Shown in pieces: positions 52,490 through 64,000 of a DNA stretch of 64,000 nt; positions within the stretch are counted from its first letter, which is position 1, and each line of letters starts with the position of its first letter. The position numbers were made by a program, and so were the translations under genes. The stretch covers positions 9,796,001 to 9,860,000 of the forward strand of contig CM060731.1 in NCBI GenBank assembly GCA_030704615.1, read 5' to 3'. Under the pieces are notes generated by a model. The model had not been told where the DNA came from and did no database searches. It saw only the letters and a program-made list of their open reading frames with translations. This DNA comes from Takakia lepidozioides (taxonomy: Eukaryota; Plantae; Bryophyta).

Positions 52490-54347
52490 CCTGCATGACT
52501 CAGAACTCTTAGTTGATCATCTTTATTCTCAACCATACTCTCAACAGGTATAGTTAATCTCAACAATCTCTTCAATGAGGACAGGCTTCTTGCCACATAT
52601 TAACAGGTCCAACACTTCTGCAGTCCTGCACCATAAGATTAAACTGTACCAGTTCCATCTGTTTGACTTGGAATCCATCGCCAGATTGTTCTTGATCTGG
52701 TACCATGGCAGCTACCCTTGCTTTCATCCAAGAAGGGTTCACGATCCAACGGACCTCATTTATGTGCTTATGCCTGAAATATGGTGATCTTCGACTTCTC
52801 TGTGACAACTGTGAGAGGAAATGTGAGAAGTGAAGTTATGATTAGGACCAATTTGCAATCCAGTTCCAGTGAATTGAATGGTGATTGATGGGATGTTGTC
52901 GACATCATACCATAAAGTGGTTCCTTGATGTCATTAAGGATTATACCAGTTTTGTTTTCTCAATGAAACACAGAAGTAACACATGAGGGTGTTGTTGCAC
53001 TGCCCAGTGAGGGACAAAGGGCAGAAGAGATAGAGAGCCGAGGGAGGAAGAGGAACAAGAGCTCCTGGCGGCAAGCTCTCAACAACAAGCTTTTAGTTAC
53101 GATAAAGCTGAAACGAAAGAGTACCGCAAAATTTGTGGTGAACGCAGCGTCGAATAGAGCGGACAACATAGAGCTGTGAGCTGTTGGGGTTGGCTTTCAT
53201 GGACTTGTCGCAGGCCGGGACCCTGTGATGTAACTTCAATACAGCATTTTTTCTTCCGCTCTCCTCCATTACGAGCAACCAAGAGCCTTCAGCATTACAG
53301 AAAGAAGATGAGGAACATCATTCCGCAGACGGGACACTACAGAAAGGAAAGAGGATGTGAGAAATGAGAACAACCAACTAATTACCCGTCCAAGTTCTAT
53401 CTGAGGTCCGTGTGTATTTGAACACGGCCCAACACTGAAAATAACCATGTAGGATGTAGGTCTTTGACTGACTTTGTAAGGTTGCCTGGAGTATGTAAGG
53501 TACGTGGGAGGGGCCTTGCCGTCAGGAAGCTGTTGGTAAAGCTCTGGCTTTTCAGCTGCACCCTGGTGGTTTTTCCAGACCAAAATCTCCAGACTACAGA
53601 CATAAGCAGCTTACACAAGAGGTCCTTTGTGTTGGACGGATACTAGAGTGCGGTGCTAATCTGGCGTGGACAGTGGTGCTCCTTCGGAAGCTTGAAGATG
53701 AAAGTGAGAATGACTAATCCTGGGGGTTGCACAGACCAATCCAAGATCATCGAACTCAACGTAAGCAGTGTGCAAAAGCGGTCCTTGGGCTTGGGGGTTG
53801 GTTGAATCCTCCTTGGGTGGATGAAAAGCGAGCTGCTGCCATGACAAAATGTCAAGCACCAGGGGGTGAGGACACCCTTCTTCGACACATTTAAGCTTGT
53901 GTTTCTTGGCTTGTTAGATTCCTCCCTATGTTCTTCTAAATCATCGATACTGTTAGTTAACTATTCCTCGCGTGCTTCAAGTGTTTTTGACATGCTACTG
54001 CCATTGGTTTTGTAGGCAAATATCCAAGTATCGGAAATAGAGATGAGGAGAAGTTTTGGAAGGAATATTTTTCAAATTCCAGTCATGGGTGGGACAATCG
54101 AAGCAGAAAGGTGAACGGCTTTATGTTAAAGCAGAAGCAGACAACTAGATACTTTGAAATTTTTGTTCTTGTAAATTGTCATCCTCCCTTACCCACCACT
54201 CAACAGTTACAATGGCCAATTGCTGACAGGACTTTAACATGTGCGGAGGGAGAGAGGTGGTAGGGTGTTTTCTAGGTAACATTTTGATTGTCATTGGCTA
54301 CAAGCAGCAAAGGGTCTATATATTATACTTGTTGAGGCAGGGATGCA

Positions 54348-57278
54348 GTGTGGGTGCAGATCCATGTGCGAGGACCGAAGTTCAAGCACAAGAGTACCCA
54401 TGAGGCACTGTTGGTTGATAAGTGCAAGAAACCTGTATGGGTGGATGGTCAACGGGAACCAGGAGCAGCACCATTGATAAAACCAGGCACCTCCGCCATG
54501 ACCACTTCATCTGAAAAAGGATCAATTGAGGGATTCCAAAAGATGTCTTCCAGCACTTGTAGGTATGTGAGGACACTATGTGAGGCAGGACAATTGAAAG
54601 AGGCTCTGCACATTTTGAATCAAGGAGACATTTCTGCAGACTCCGATACTTATGTCTGTCTCTTGCATAAATGCATCAAGATGAGAGGCTTAGCAGCGGG
54701 AAAGCAGGTGCACTCCCACATTATGCAAAGTAAATTTAAGCCCAATCTGTTTCTATATAACACAATTGTCAACATGTATGTGAAGTGCGGGAGCATCACA
54801 GATGCACACCGAGTGTTTGACAAAATGCCTGAACGAAATATATTTTCGTGGACCATAATGATGGCAGGGTATGCCAAGCATGGGTGTGGTAGGAATGCAT
54901 TGGAGACGTATGAGCTAATGATACAGGATGGGGTGATGCCCGACCAGGCCACGCTTGTTTGCGTTCTCAGGGCGTGTGCCAGTCTGGTGGACCTGGACAA
55001 GGGTAAAGAGGTCCATGTTGACATCATGAAAGCTGGAATTGTACCAAATATCGTTCTGGACACTGCCCTTCTGCACATGTATGCCAAATGTGGGAGCATC
55101 AAGGATGCAAAGGCAGTGTTTGACAAAATGGCCAAACGAAATGTGGTATCATGGAATGCGATGATCACAGGATATGCCCAACATGGGTGTTGGATGGAGG
55201 CTTGGCATACCTATGAGCAAATGATGCTGGAAGGGGTGAAGCCTGACCAGGTCACATTTGTTTGTGTTTGCAATGTGTGTGCTAGCCTGGCATCTCTGGA
55301 AAAGGGCAAAGAGGTCCATGATGAAATGAGGAAAGCTAGAATTGCACCAAATATTATGTTGGACACTACCCTCGTGGACATGTATGCCAAATGTGGGAGC
55401 ATCGAGGATGCAAAGAGAGTGTTTGACAATATGCCTAAACGGAATGTGGTGTCATGGAGTGTGATGATCGCAGGATATGCCCAGCATGGGTGTGGGATGG
55501 AGGCTTTGGAGACATATGAGCAAATGATGCGGGAAGGAGTGAAGCCCGACCAGGTCACGCTCATTTCCGTTTGCAATGCATGTGCTAGCCTGGCATCCCT
55601 GGAAAAGGGCAAGGAGGTCCATGCTGACATCAAGAAAGCTGGAATTGAGCCAAATATCATCTTGGACACTGCCCTCGTTGACATGTATGCCAAATGTGGG
55701 AGCATGGAGAATGCCAAGGGAGTGTTCAACAATATGGCTGAACGAAATGTGGTATCATGGAGTGTGATGATCGCAGGATATGCCCAGCAACGCTGCGGGA
55801 TTGAGTCTTTGCAAACCTATGAACAAATGATCCAGGAAGGGGTTAAACCTGACCAGGTCACCTTTGCTTGTGTTTGCAATGCCTGTGGTAGCTTGGCAGC
55901 CCTGGAAAAGGGCAAAGAGGTCCATACTGATATCATGAAAGCTGGCATTGTGCCGGATGTCATTCTAAACACTGCCCTCGTGGACATGTATGCCAAGTGT
56001 GGGAGCATCAAGGATGCAAAGGGGGTGTTTGACATTATGGCTGAACGAGATGTGGTGTCATGGAGTGCATTGATTGCAGGATATGCCCAACATGGGTGTG
56101 GCATGGAGGCTTTGGAGACATATGAGCAAATGATTCGGGAAGGGGTGCAGCCTAACCAGGTCACATTTGTTTGTGTTTGCAATGTGTGTGCCAGACTGGC
56201 AGTGCTTGAAAAGGGCAAAGAAGTCCATGCTGGCATCATGAAAGCTGGAATTGCACCAGATGTCATTCTGCACACCGCCCTTGTGGACATGTATGCGAAA
56301 TGCGGGAGCATCAAGGATGCAAGGGGCATCTTTGACAGGATGGCTAAACGGGATGTGCTCTCATGGAATGTGATGATTGCAGGATACGCCAAGCATGGTT
56401 ATCAAAGGGAGGCCCTGCAAGTATTTGAAGGAATGCAAGAGGAAGGCTTGATGCCGGATAGTATCACCTTTATATGTGTTCTTTCTGCATGTAGCCATGT
56501 TGGCCTAGTCGATGAAGGCAAACACTACTTTGATTCCCTAAGTCAAGATTATAGCATCACCCCTACAGTGGAGCACTTTGGTTGCATGGTAGACCTTCTT
56601 GGCCGTGCAGGGCGATTGGATGAGGCCGAGGATTTCATTATCAAAATGCCAATCAAACCCAATGTTCTGGTGTGGAAGGTCTTGCTTGGTGCTTGCCGAA
56701 TTCATGGCAATTTGGATGTGGCAGAACGTGCGGCAAAATCCATCCTCAAGTGGGATCGAGAGGATGCTGCAACTTATGTGTTGCTATCCAACATCTATGC
56801 AGCAGCTGGCAGGTGGGATGACACTGCAACAGTGAGAAGAATGATGAAGGTAAGAGATGTCAAAAAGGAGCCAGGTTGCTGCATCATAGAGGTTGGTGCG
56901 GGGGTGCACACATTCGTAGTAGATGATAAATTGCATCCTGAAATTGACGAAGTCCATGCTGAGCTGAGAAGGTTGTCTGGGCGGATGAAGGAGGCCGGGT
57001 ACGTGCGGGACGCCCGCTTTGTATTTACTGATGTGAAGGAGGGGCAAAAGGAATATTCTCTTTGCCACCACAGTGAAATGCTGGCCATTGCTTTTGGGCT
57101 GATCAACACTGAGCCCGGGACACCTCTCCATGTCATCAAGAACCTTTGGGTGTGCGGAGACTGCCACATGGCCACCAAGTTCATCTCAAAGATTGTTGGG
57201 CGAATAATAGTCATACGGGACGCCAATTGCTTTCACCACTTCGAAGATGGGCTTTGTTCTTGTGGGGCGTACTGGTGA
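54348..57278 (+). CDS. PLS-class PPR protein with variant DYW domain (ends AYW)
   Basis: 20 PLS motifs, E1/E2; DYW domain reads KEPGCCIIEV, GYVRD, HSEMLA, KNLWVCGDCH, RDANCFHHF, CSCGAYW. Listed start is GTG; first in-frame ATG at 54498 (ccgccATG). Confidence 0.95.
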   Translation: MWVQIHVRGPKFKHKSTHEALLVDKCKKPVWVDGQREPGAAPLIKPGTSAMTTSSEKGSIEGFQKMSSSTCRYVRTLCEAGQLKEALHILNQGDISADSDTYVCLLHKCIKMRGLAAGKQVHSHIMQSKFKPNLFLYNTIVNMYVKCGSITDAHRVFDKMPERNIFSWTIMMAGYAKHGCGRNALETYELMIQDGVMPDQATLVCVLRACASLVDLDKGKEVHVDIMKAGIVPNIVLDTALLHMYAKCGSIKDAKAVFDKMAKRNVVSWNAMITGYAQHGCWMEAWHTYEQMMLEGVKPDQVTFVCVCNVCASLASLEKGKEVHDEMRKARIAPNIMLDTTLVDMYAKCGSIEDAKRVFDNMPKRNVVSWSVMIAGYAQHGCGMEALETYEQMMREGVKPDQVTLISVCNACASLASLEKGKEVHADIKKAGIEPNIILDTALVDMYAKCGSMENAKGVFNNMAERNVVSWSVMIAGYAQQRCGIESLQTYEQMIQEGVKPDQVTFACVCNACGSLAALEKGKEVHTDIMKAGIVPDVILNTALVDMYAKCGSIKDAKGVFDIMAERDVVSWSALIAGYAQHGCGMEALETYEQMIREGVQPNQVTFVCVCNVCARLAVLEKGKEVHAGIMKAGIAPDVILHTALVDMYAKCGSIKDARGIFDRMAKRDVLSWNVMIAGYAKHGYQREALQVFEGMQEEGLMPDSITFICVLSACSHVGLVDEGKHYFDSLSQDYSITPTVEHFGCMVDLLGRAGRLDEAEDFIIKMPIKPNVLVWKVLLGACRIHGNLDVAERAAKSILKWDREDAATYVLLSNIYAAAGRWDDTATVRRMMKVRDVKKEPGCCIIEVGAGVHTFVVDDKLHPEIDEVHAELRRLSGRMKEAGYVRDARFVFTDVKEGQKEYSLCHHSEMLAIAFGLINTEPGTPLHVIKNLWVCGDCHMATKFISKIVGRIIVIRDANCFHHFEDGLCSCGAYW

Positions 57279-57869
57279 AACGATGAGATCTTGTGAGGTG
57301 TGAGTGCTTTCTTCATCCTTAAGACTATGCAGCTGCTTGGTTTATTCATCGGTCCCTGGGAATGTTGGCTATTGCGCACTGTTGAGGGCATTTACTCAGT
57401 CTCATATCAACCCTCCAAGAGCCAATTTAAACAAGGTGGTCAAGATCATGCCCAAAAACAAAATGTGGATGCCTGCATGTTCTACAACTTGGGAAAAACA
57501 GGTAATTCTGACAAGAAAAAAGTGGACTCATGCCAAAGCAAGCTTTAAGTATGGTGTCTCTTCACTTCTAAGCTACTGCCCTCCATTTAGAAGTGGACAC
57601 CTTGTAGACCGTAGGCATGTCTAATACTTAGGCTTATATTCATCTTCCTGTCATACTGCCTTTCCCCACACTGTGTCATGCTGCTTTTGTCCGGAATTCA
57701 TCTCTTTACTCTGGAAGGCACAGGAAAGGTGCTCGTGCGCGAAGATTTATATACAAACATCAACAGGACCTCCACCCAAATGTGCATGGCTCCCTCCAGG
57801 ATTTGGAAGTCTGACAGCCATTCCCTGTTGAAGATTGGAGGTGTCCCATACTACATCTGTAAATGATCT

Positions 57870-58711
57870 ATCTGGTGGAGCAACTTGCGAACAGATTCAC
57901 TGTATGTTCCATTGGAAGAGAATATGTCCCGTCTCCATACCCCACACACAGCCATATTTTTGGCTGGAGATTTCAACGCCTGTACAGGATCACTATAAGC
58001 CCCAAACTTTGGACCCACGGACCCTCTACACATCCAACATTCACACATGGCCTTGGAGAGGCAAAGTGCGGATGTCTCCAGTGAAATCACAAGTTATGGT
58101 CATCATCTACTCAAATTTTGCGAGGTTCAAGGGCTTGTCATCTATAATAGCAATACCAATTTCAAATCCTCCAGTCAGTTCACCTGCCACACGTACAAGG
58201 GACAGAGCGTGGTCGACCGGATGGGGTGGTGGGTCCGGTGCGGTCTCTTGGGGAGCCCCAAAACAACTCATAGGGTTAGCTCTTTTTAGGAGTGGAAATC
58301 ACATCCAAACAGGATCGCAACAGACTCATTAGGAGGGAGCTTATGGAACTACATGTCAGGAGAACTTGGAAGCTACCCAATCTCACAACAAAGCTCCATT
58401 TCTATCGAGAGACATTCTTGGTTCTTCGAGATGACAAAATCTTGTGGCCCAATTACCTTTTGGCGCCTTTATCTCCTTCCGTCCTGAGGGCATTGGGGTG
58501 GTTCAAGGTGGGCTCCCACAATCTACGGATAGACACTGGCAGCTGGGAAAACCTGCAACGGGAGGACCGCCTATGTCCAGCTTGCATAGGGCGCAACCGG
58601 GAAATTGAAACTGAAGGACACGTGTTCTTTGATTGCCCTCTATATTACGAGATCCATGGGGGATTCCACATTTCATTTCATTTAATTGGGATGCGCATGC
58701 ACAAAAAGTGA
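57870..58711 (+). mobile_element. Internally deleted LINE (APE endonuclease fragment joined to C-terminal Cys/His domain)
   Basis: LAGDFNACTG, GHHLLKFC..GLVIYN, FTC..GQSVVD followed directly by FKVGSHNLRIDTG..REDRLCPAC..IETEGHVFFDCPLY; the RT is missing. Confidence 0.8.
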
Positions 58712-58779
58712 TTCAAACAGCTAAACGCAAAGCTTTGGGTCCCACTAAATTTTTCCACTGCAGAGGGATGAATACTGAA

Positions 58780-59451
58780 GTTAAACAGGCCAAGTCTTGG
58801 CGGAAAGGGGAGAAGAGATTTGGAAGTATCTGAATATTGGTCTAGAAGAATGGACCCTACTGGATGAAGCTGACCTGGAGGGGATTGTCTCCAAAGCCAT
58901 GTCTGATGCAAAGACTCTCCAATGAAATGAAGTTAGGCATAAAACTTCCCTGAACTTGTTTTCAGTCTGTGACATGGGCGTGCACATTGAGGATGATCTT
59001 AGGGGCCTACCTACCCTCAGCACTAGACTGATTTTAAACTCAGGGGCGGAGAGCCTACCCTCGAACAATAAACAGATGCATAGAGGAAGAGGAGATTGCA
59101 ATTGCCCAATGAGCGGACAACCTGAAGACAATATCTATCTTCTGATATATTGTCCAGGATATACCAGAGAGTGACCCTCTTCAAGACCATCTAGAACATT
59201 GTCCCTACACCTTTGTTCATCAACATTCAAAATCTTGAGGCTGAGCCTAAAGCCCTGGTTCCAATTGCTGGGCAGCTCACACACAGCTAGTTGATGCTTG
59301 TGTGAAGGGCTTTCTAGAGGATATCTGGAAAACCTGAACTAATTGTCTTTATCAAGGCAAGTCACACTACCGGAGTAGGCCCCTTGCAACTTTTGTTCCG
59401 CCCAAACTGGGCGCGGGTCTATGGCCACAAGGCTACAGCAAACAAAGTCTT
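58780..59451 (+). mobile_element. LINE family X 3' fragment including the apparent 3' terminus
   Basis: Homologous to 30600-30918 and 49790-50140; terminal gggcgcgggtctatggccacaaggctacagcaaacaaagtctt also occurs inverted at 49561-49605 and 11966-11996. Confidence 0.75.
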
Positions 59452-59988
59452 CCGAGTGCATTCTTCCTCTAGCTCGATCTTGTTATGCCTCAATGATAGA
59501 GTTCATTTCTTGAACTTTGGGCCCCTCATATTTATCTCCAAAATTGGCATCTTCAGCAATCTAGTTTCTCTTGGTTACTTTCATAAACCTCAATTGATTG
59601 TGGAAAACAGTGCAACTCAGTCCTATTGCCCTGCCACTAAAGATCATTATGTAAAGGACCACAGTTTAACAAGAACAGCACATTTCCAAAAAAACCCACT
59701 GATCTGCCACTACAGCCTTATTGCCACTGGCTTGTCCAAGCACCTTGGGGTGATGGGAATAGAGAAACCAGTGCTATCAATCAAAGAAAGTCGTGGAAGC
59801 CAGAGAATCTCCTACCTTCATCTAGCCTTGTCCTTGAACTACACTTGATGCTTGTCCCAAGTACCCATTGAAGGTCAAAACAGCGCCCCAAGAAACATAC
59901 CCTGTCCTACGGATGAATTATATACAATGGAGTTTTGGTAGCATAAGCCAAACCTTGGTCTAGCAGATGCATGCCAACATGGCTAGAT

Positions 59989-62816
59989 TCATAACCACTG
60001 GTGTACATTCTTAAAGACTGGACAAGTCTTGAATGGAGGAGCAAGACATTGCATGAATCGCTTTGATGTTGATGCCAAGAATTTGTTTGCCATTCCCTGT
60101 GCTGCCATCAGTTGGTTCCAGAGGTAACAAATCACACCAGGCCCCATCTTCTCCATACATATGTTTTCTGTCTGAGGGAGCTCATATCTGTAATATGACA
60201 GCAATACCATGACCGAAAGAAAGCCAAGATATAGTAGGACCATCATCATGAAGATGGTGTTTACAATAGCAGGAGCTGTGGAATTGGGGCTTCTGCCTTC
60301 CTGCCATCTCTTGGCCCTCAATTCTGCAAATTCCTGATCCTTTGTGTTGCACTCAAACATAATGTCTTCCATTTCCCTGATCGTCTTCTCCTTACGTCTA
60401 ACCTTCTCTTCCAAGACCTGCACACAACAGCGGCCATTTGATATCATCCATGAGCTCCAGGCAAGCACAATACTGACTGGATTTCCAACTCAACAAGTCG
60501 CTGAGGGGTGTTAACAAATCTCTACCTCAGCTGATAAATCACCAGATATGCTCCCTGAATTTACACAGACGGCAGATCACTCATACCCAAGATAATTGAA
60601 AAAGTAAAAGAGATGTAACAAGAGCAGGTTTGCCTTAATATCCTTGTCCCGTGCTTCAAGGCCAGCTTCCAGCTCAAAAATGGAGCACAGCTTGGACTGG
60701 ATTGTGTCCCGCATTCTCTTCATCTGCTCCTTAAGATCCTGCACCTCCTCACTGTGTCGTGCCTTTTCTTTTTGCTGCTTCTCCTCTTCTTTTGCCTGCT
60801 ACATCATTCACAGGAGAGAAAAAAACATTTCATGCAGAGAAATGAGTTCATGAGTTCATTTGGTTGAACTCAAACATTTCATGCAGAGACCTCAAGCTAA
60901 CGCTATAGCATATAGAAACATGGAATGAAAGTTCATGCGATACCAGATGAAAAATAACAATAAATTCGTGCAATCCCCAAGGTCAGCTGTAATTACGATT
61001 ATTCACAATTCATAGCACCTCGAGTATGATGCAAAAATCCCCCGGATTGTGCATGTGTCTGAGCACAATCATTGTGGCAACTTCAGGCTGGGTTACTACC
61101 CTCGTGGTGAAAATCCTATTCATTTCTACAGATGCCAAGGACTGGGAGGGGTTTTCATCCTCTGTTATTCACCTGAGAGCCTATGTGAACCACGAGCGCT
61201 CACTGCAGCAGATGCTCTATAGATAGTTTCCACTCTGATTTTGATGTCATCCTGATATCCAGGACGAGCCTGGTGTGTGTGGGTTACCACATTGTCTTGC
61301 CCAATGTTATTGCAACATGAGTGAGACAAAAACATGGCTTGCTATCAGCTCTCATGCTACTAATAGTCCATCTCTCTTTATTTCCTACCGCAGTGTTCCT
61401 TCCCTACAAAGACCCACCAACAAGATCAAACTTCATAAACCAAAAACCCTGACCACAACCTTGGCATGCCAAAGTCCAACCAAAAACCCAATAGAAAATG
61501 GAGCAGAAGCAGAAACCTCAAGACTCTAGCACCTGGCTCTATCTCGCTGTATACAGAATGATTTGCATTTAGTCCACTTTTAGGAAAAGATAGGTTCCGT
61601 TGGATGTACAATATCACCTGTTTGTTTTTCTCATTCTGAAGTTCGAGCTGCTGGAGCTCGTCATTGTAGGCCACGCTATCCAATTGTGCTGCCATTTTAT
61701 CCATCAGCTTCTTGTTCTTGTCTTCCCCTTCTCTCACCTGCTTTGCACCAATACATAAGGACAATTCCCAGACTTCCCATCCACTCAAACAGCATTCAAA
61801 TACCAAATGCTCAAATCATCAAAGTAAAGGCCCTGGTACAGTATAACCATTGTTTCATAGCACATTTTGTTCCAAACGAAGGATTGAGCACCGTCTGTTA
61901 TTGTATTATGCATCGAGCGCCTTTTCCGCTATACTCAAGAACTCTTGCGAGATATCATTCAATGACCAGTAGACACCACGAATACCTCCCCATTGTAGAT
62001 TGTTATTAACATAAGATTCCACATACCTGTTGCTTGAGACGATTGATGTCGTCAGCCTGCAAGTGGGTAGTACGCAGGAGCGCGTCCACTTCATAGCGCA
62101 CCATGCCCCGTATCTGATCGGGCTCCTGATGCTGTAGAGATTCGCTTTGTTGCTCGCACATCAACTCCAGCAACGCCGAATTCTTTTCCGTCAACATCTT
62201 CATTGTCTCCATAGCCTGCAATCAATTGGCATGTACATATGCACCCCTTGCTACGCATCACAGCCAGGAGGCCGGTTCTCTCTCTCTCTCTCTCTCTCTC
62301 TCGTATACACACTATATGGTTTTGGATGGAAATAAGCACACTCAAAGATCTCAAACTTCTACAATCAATTCAGATTATGCCATCAATCAGTTGGATCGTC
62401 GCACATCGGCAGCATGCAGGCAGACTCAAGTGACTTGCGTTCCAGTCTTATCAATGTCCGGTCGAGATATACTACCTCATCGTGCTTAGCCATCACCTTG
62501 TCCATCTTTTCCAACATTCTGATTCTCATCAATTGCTGGGCCTTCCAGAGATCTTGCGTCCTGCCAAGTGGATCATTCTCCCCTAATTCCCGCGACAAGT
62601 TCTGGGCCGTCTCAATCGAACAGTGATCCCACGAAACCTTACAATGATCCCACAACACCTTCTCCCATCCTTCAATCACTCCAACATCCTCAGACCCTTC
62701 ACCAACGACGGACCCCTCACCGGTGTTGGTTGTTATCAAGGTGAGGGCTTCGGCTGCCTCCTTGATTTCGATGTCTACAACTTCCTGGCTACTCGATAGC
62801 CCCGTTCGAGAGCCGA
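59989..62816 (-). CDS. Uncharacterised coiled-coil protein with a single C-terminal transmembrane segment (5' exons unresolved)
   Basis: In-frame exons 62816-62476, 62215-62027, 61737-61618, 60795-60634 (GC donor), 60417-59989; E/K/Q-rich heptads then AIVNTIFMMMVLLYLGFLSVMVLL. A further exon-like acidic stretch at about 63270-63405 could not be joined in frame. Confidence 0.65.
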
Positions 62817-63972
62817 CTGCAGTTTGCATGATGAGCAGGCGGAAAAGTTGAAGCCCGATTGCAGATTCAAGCTTGTGGATGCCAGCACTCACCCCCATGC
62901 AAAGTTGTATCAACTTGGGCAGATGGCGCAAATAGCAATTTGCACCACCACTGTCCTAATTAGAAACGGCTCCCGAATGGCAACTTGTATGAAGCTTCAC
63001 TATTTGTAGAAGGAACTACGTTTTCGGTAGAGGTGCAAGACAGCAGAACCCATCACTACACGCTGCTATGTACGGCTCACCAAACAAAATTCTCGAGATC
63101 CAATTCCCAACATAGCATGTCTCGAGTGTCGAGTCTCGACACGAGCACGAGAACTTTGATGGGTGTTTAACGCCAGAACAGAACAGTGCAAAAGAAACAG
63201 AAAATCAAATATACACTCTTTTTCCGAGGCATATACCCTTGCACATTCATCCTGCATCCATCTACAGGGCTAGTATCTGCTCTCGTGGGATCAGAGAGGC
63301 AGCCATGGCTCTAGCAGCATCCTGGGCGGTAAGGCCTGCGCTCCTATCGTCTGCATCTTCATCTTCTGTCATTAGCTCCTCGTCAGAAACAGTGGCATCT
63401 GCTCTCTGTGCCAGAAAGTGTACATTTAGCCTCACAATAGGCAGGGAGGGGCCGGGTCAAGAAAGTCGGTCAGCAAGGAGTGTGGCTCGCTATGTGTCTA
63501 TTGCAAATGGAGCTGCGGGCGACCTACTTGAGGAAAGTAAGTGGGTCCGAAAGTTTTTCCTGTATGCTCTGGCGAGTTCAATTTTTTGGGAATTGGATTT
63601 TGTAAAATGACTTCGGATGAAGTCTGATATATAAACATGTATGTCACAGTGGGAGTGTTTCGTACAGAAAAGACCTTGAATAACAAGTTAAGATCGAATT
63701 CCAAGTCTGGAGATTAGTCAGCATTTTTATTCGTGTCTTGTGCACAGTAAGGTTAGGACTTGTATGGTTGTTCCCTATGCACGTGTGATTCACTGAAGAA
63801 TGCCAAATCGAAGAATATAACGGAAGTCGAATTTTCCATTTGCCAATGACTGTTCGCTGAATCGTTCCACCAACAAGCAAGCAATGTATCATAGTCTGTG
63901 ATAATGTCTTGCACCAAAGATGCTGGTTGAACATCACGTTGGACGTGAGATGTTGATGTTAGGACTCCACCA

Positions 63973-63992
63973 GGTTAGGGTTTAGGGTTAGG
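63973..63992. repeat. Short telomere-like tract (telo-box)
   Basis: ggttagggtttagggttagg = TTAGGG/TTTAGGG units; contains AAACCCTA on the minus strand. Confidence 0.6.
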
Positions 63993-64000
63993 CCTTTTGA

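Noticed and set aside
54650-57226. Long antisense ORFs over the PPR genes (also 1492-3706 and 50492-52292)
   Set aside because: Shadow frames produced by repetitive PPR codon usage; no independent domain signal.
1381-57278. PPR proteins as U-to-C (DYW:KP, GRP or DRH) editors
   Set aside because: All three retain a KEPG-type PG box and HSE motif; two end in canonical DYW; none shows the KP-class signature.

Overview
Plant nuclear genomic DNA, most consistent with a non-seed land plant such as a bryophyte (inferred from the PLS-DYW protein style and the transposon spectrum; not proven). Host genes: three PLS-class PPR-E-DYW RNA-editing factor genes, each with array and DYW in one uninterrupted ORF (1381-3789 -, 50573-52489 -, 54348-57278 +; the last two head-to-head); a 6-exon UDP-rhamnose/UDP-galactose-type nucleotide-sugar transporter (8848-12583 +); a 13-exon zf-4CXXC_R1 (CDCA7-type) plus DDT/WHIM chromatin protein with a triplicated 47-aa repeat (23057-30242 -); and a multi-exon coiled-coil protein with a C-terminal membrane segment (59989 to at least 62816 -). 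Intergenic DNA is a patchwork of decayed transposons: hAT and other MITEs with TIRs and TSDs, two tandem TTAA-specific piggyBac-like elements, a CRE-clade retrotransposon with a tRNA-like 5' head, an endonuclease-bearing Helitron, LINE fragments and a GDP-mannose dehydratase gene fragment. Best leads: a PPR whose DYW domain has several conserved-motif substitutions (ends AYW), the tRNA-headed CRE element, and the piggyBac-like elements. Gene models and alignments were made by eye; no database search was run.
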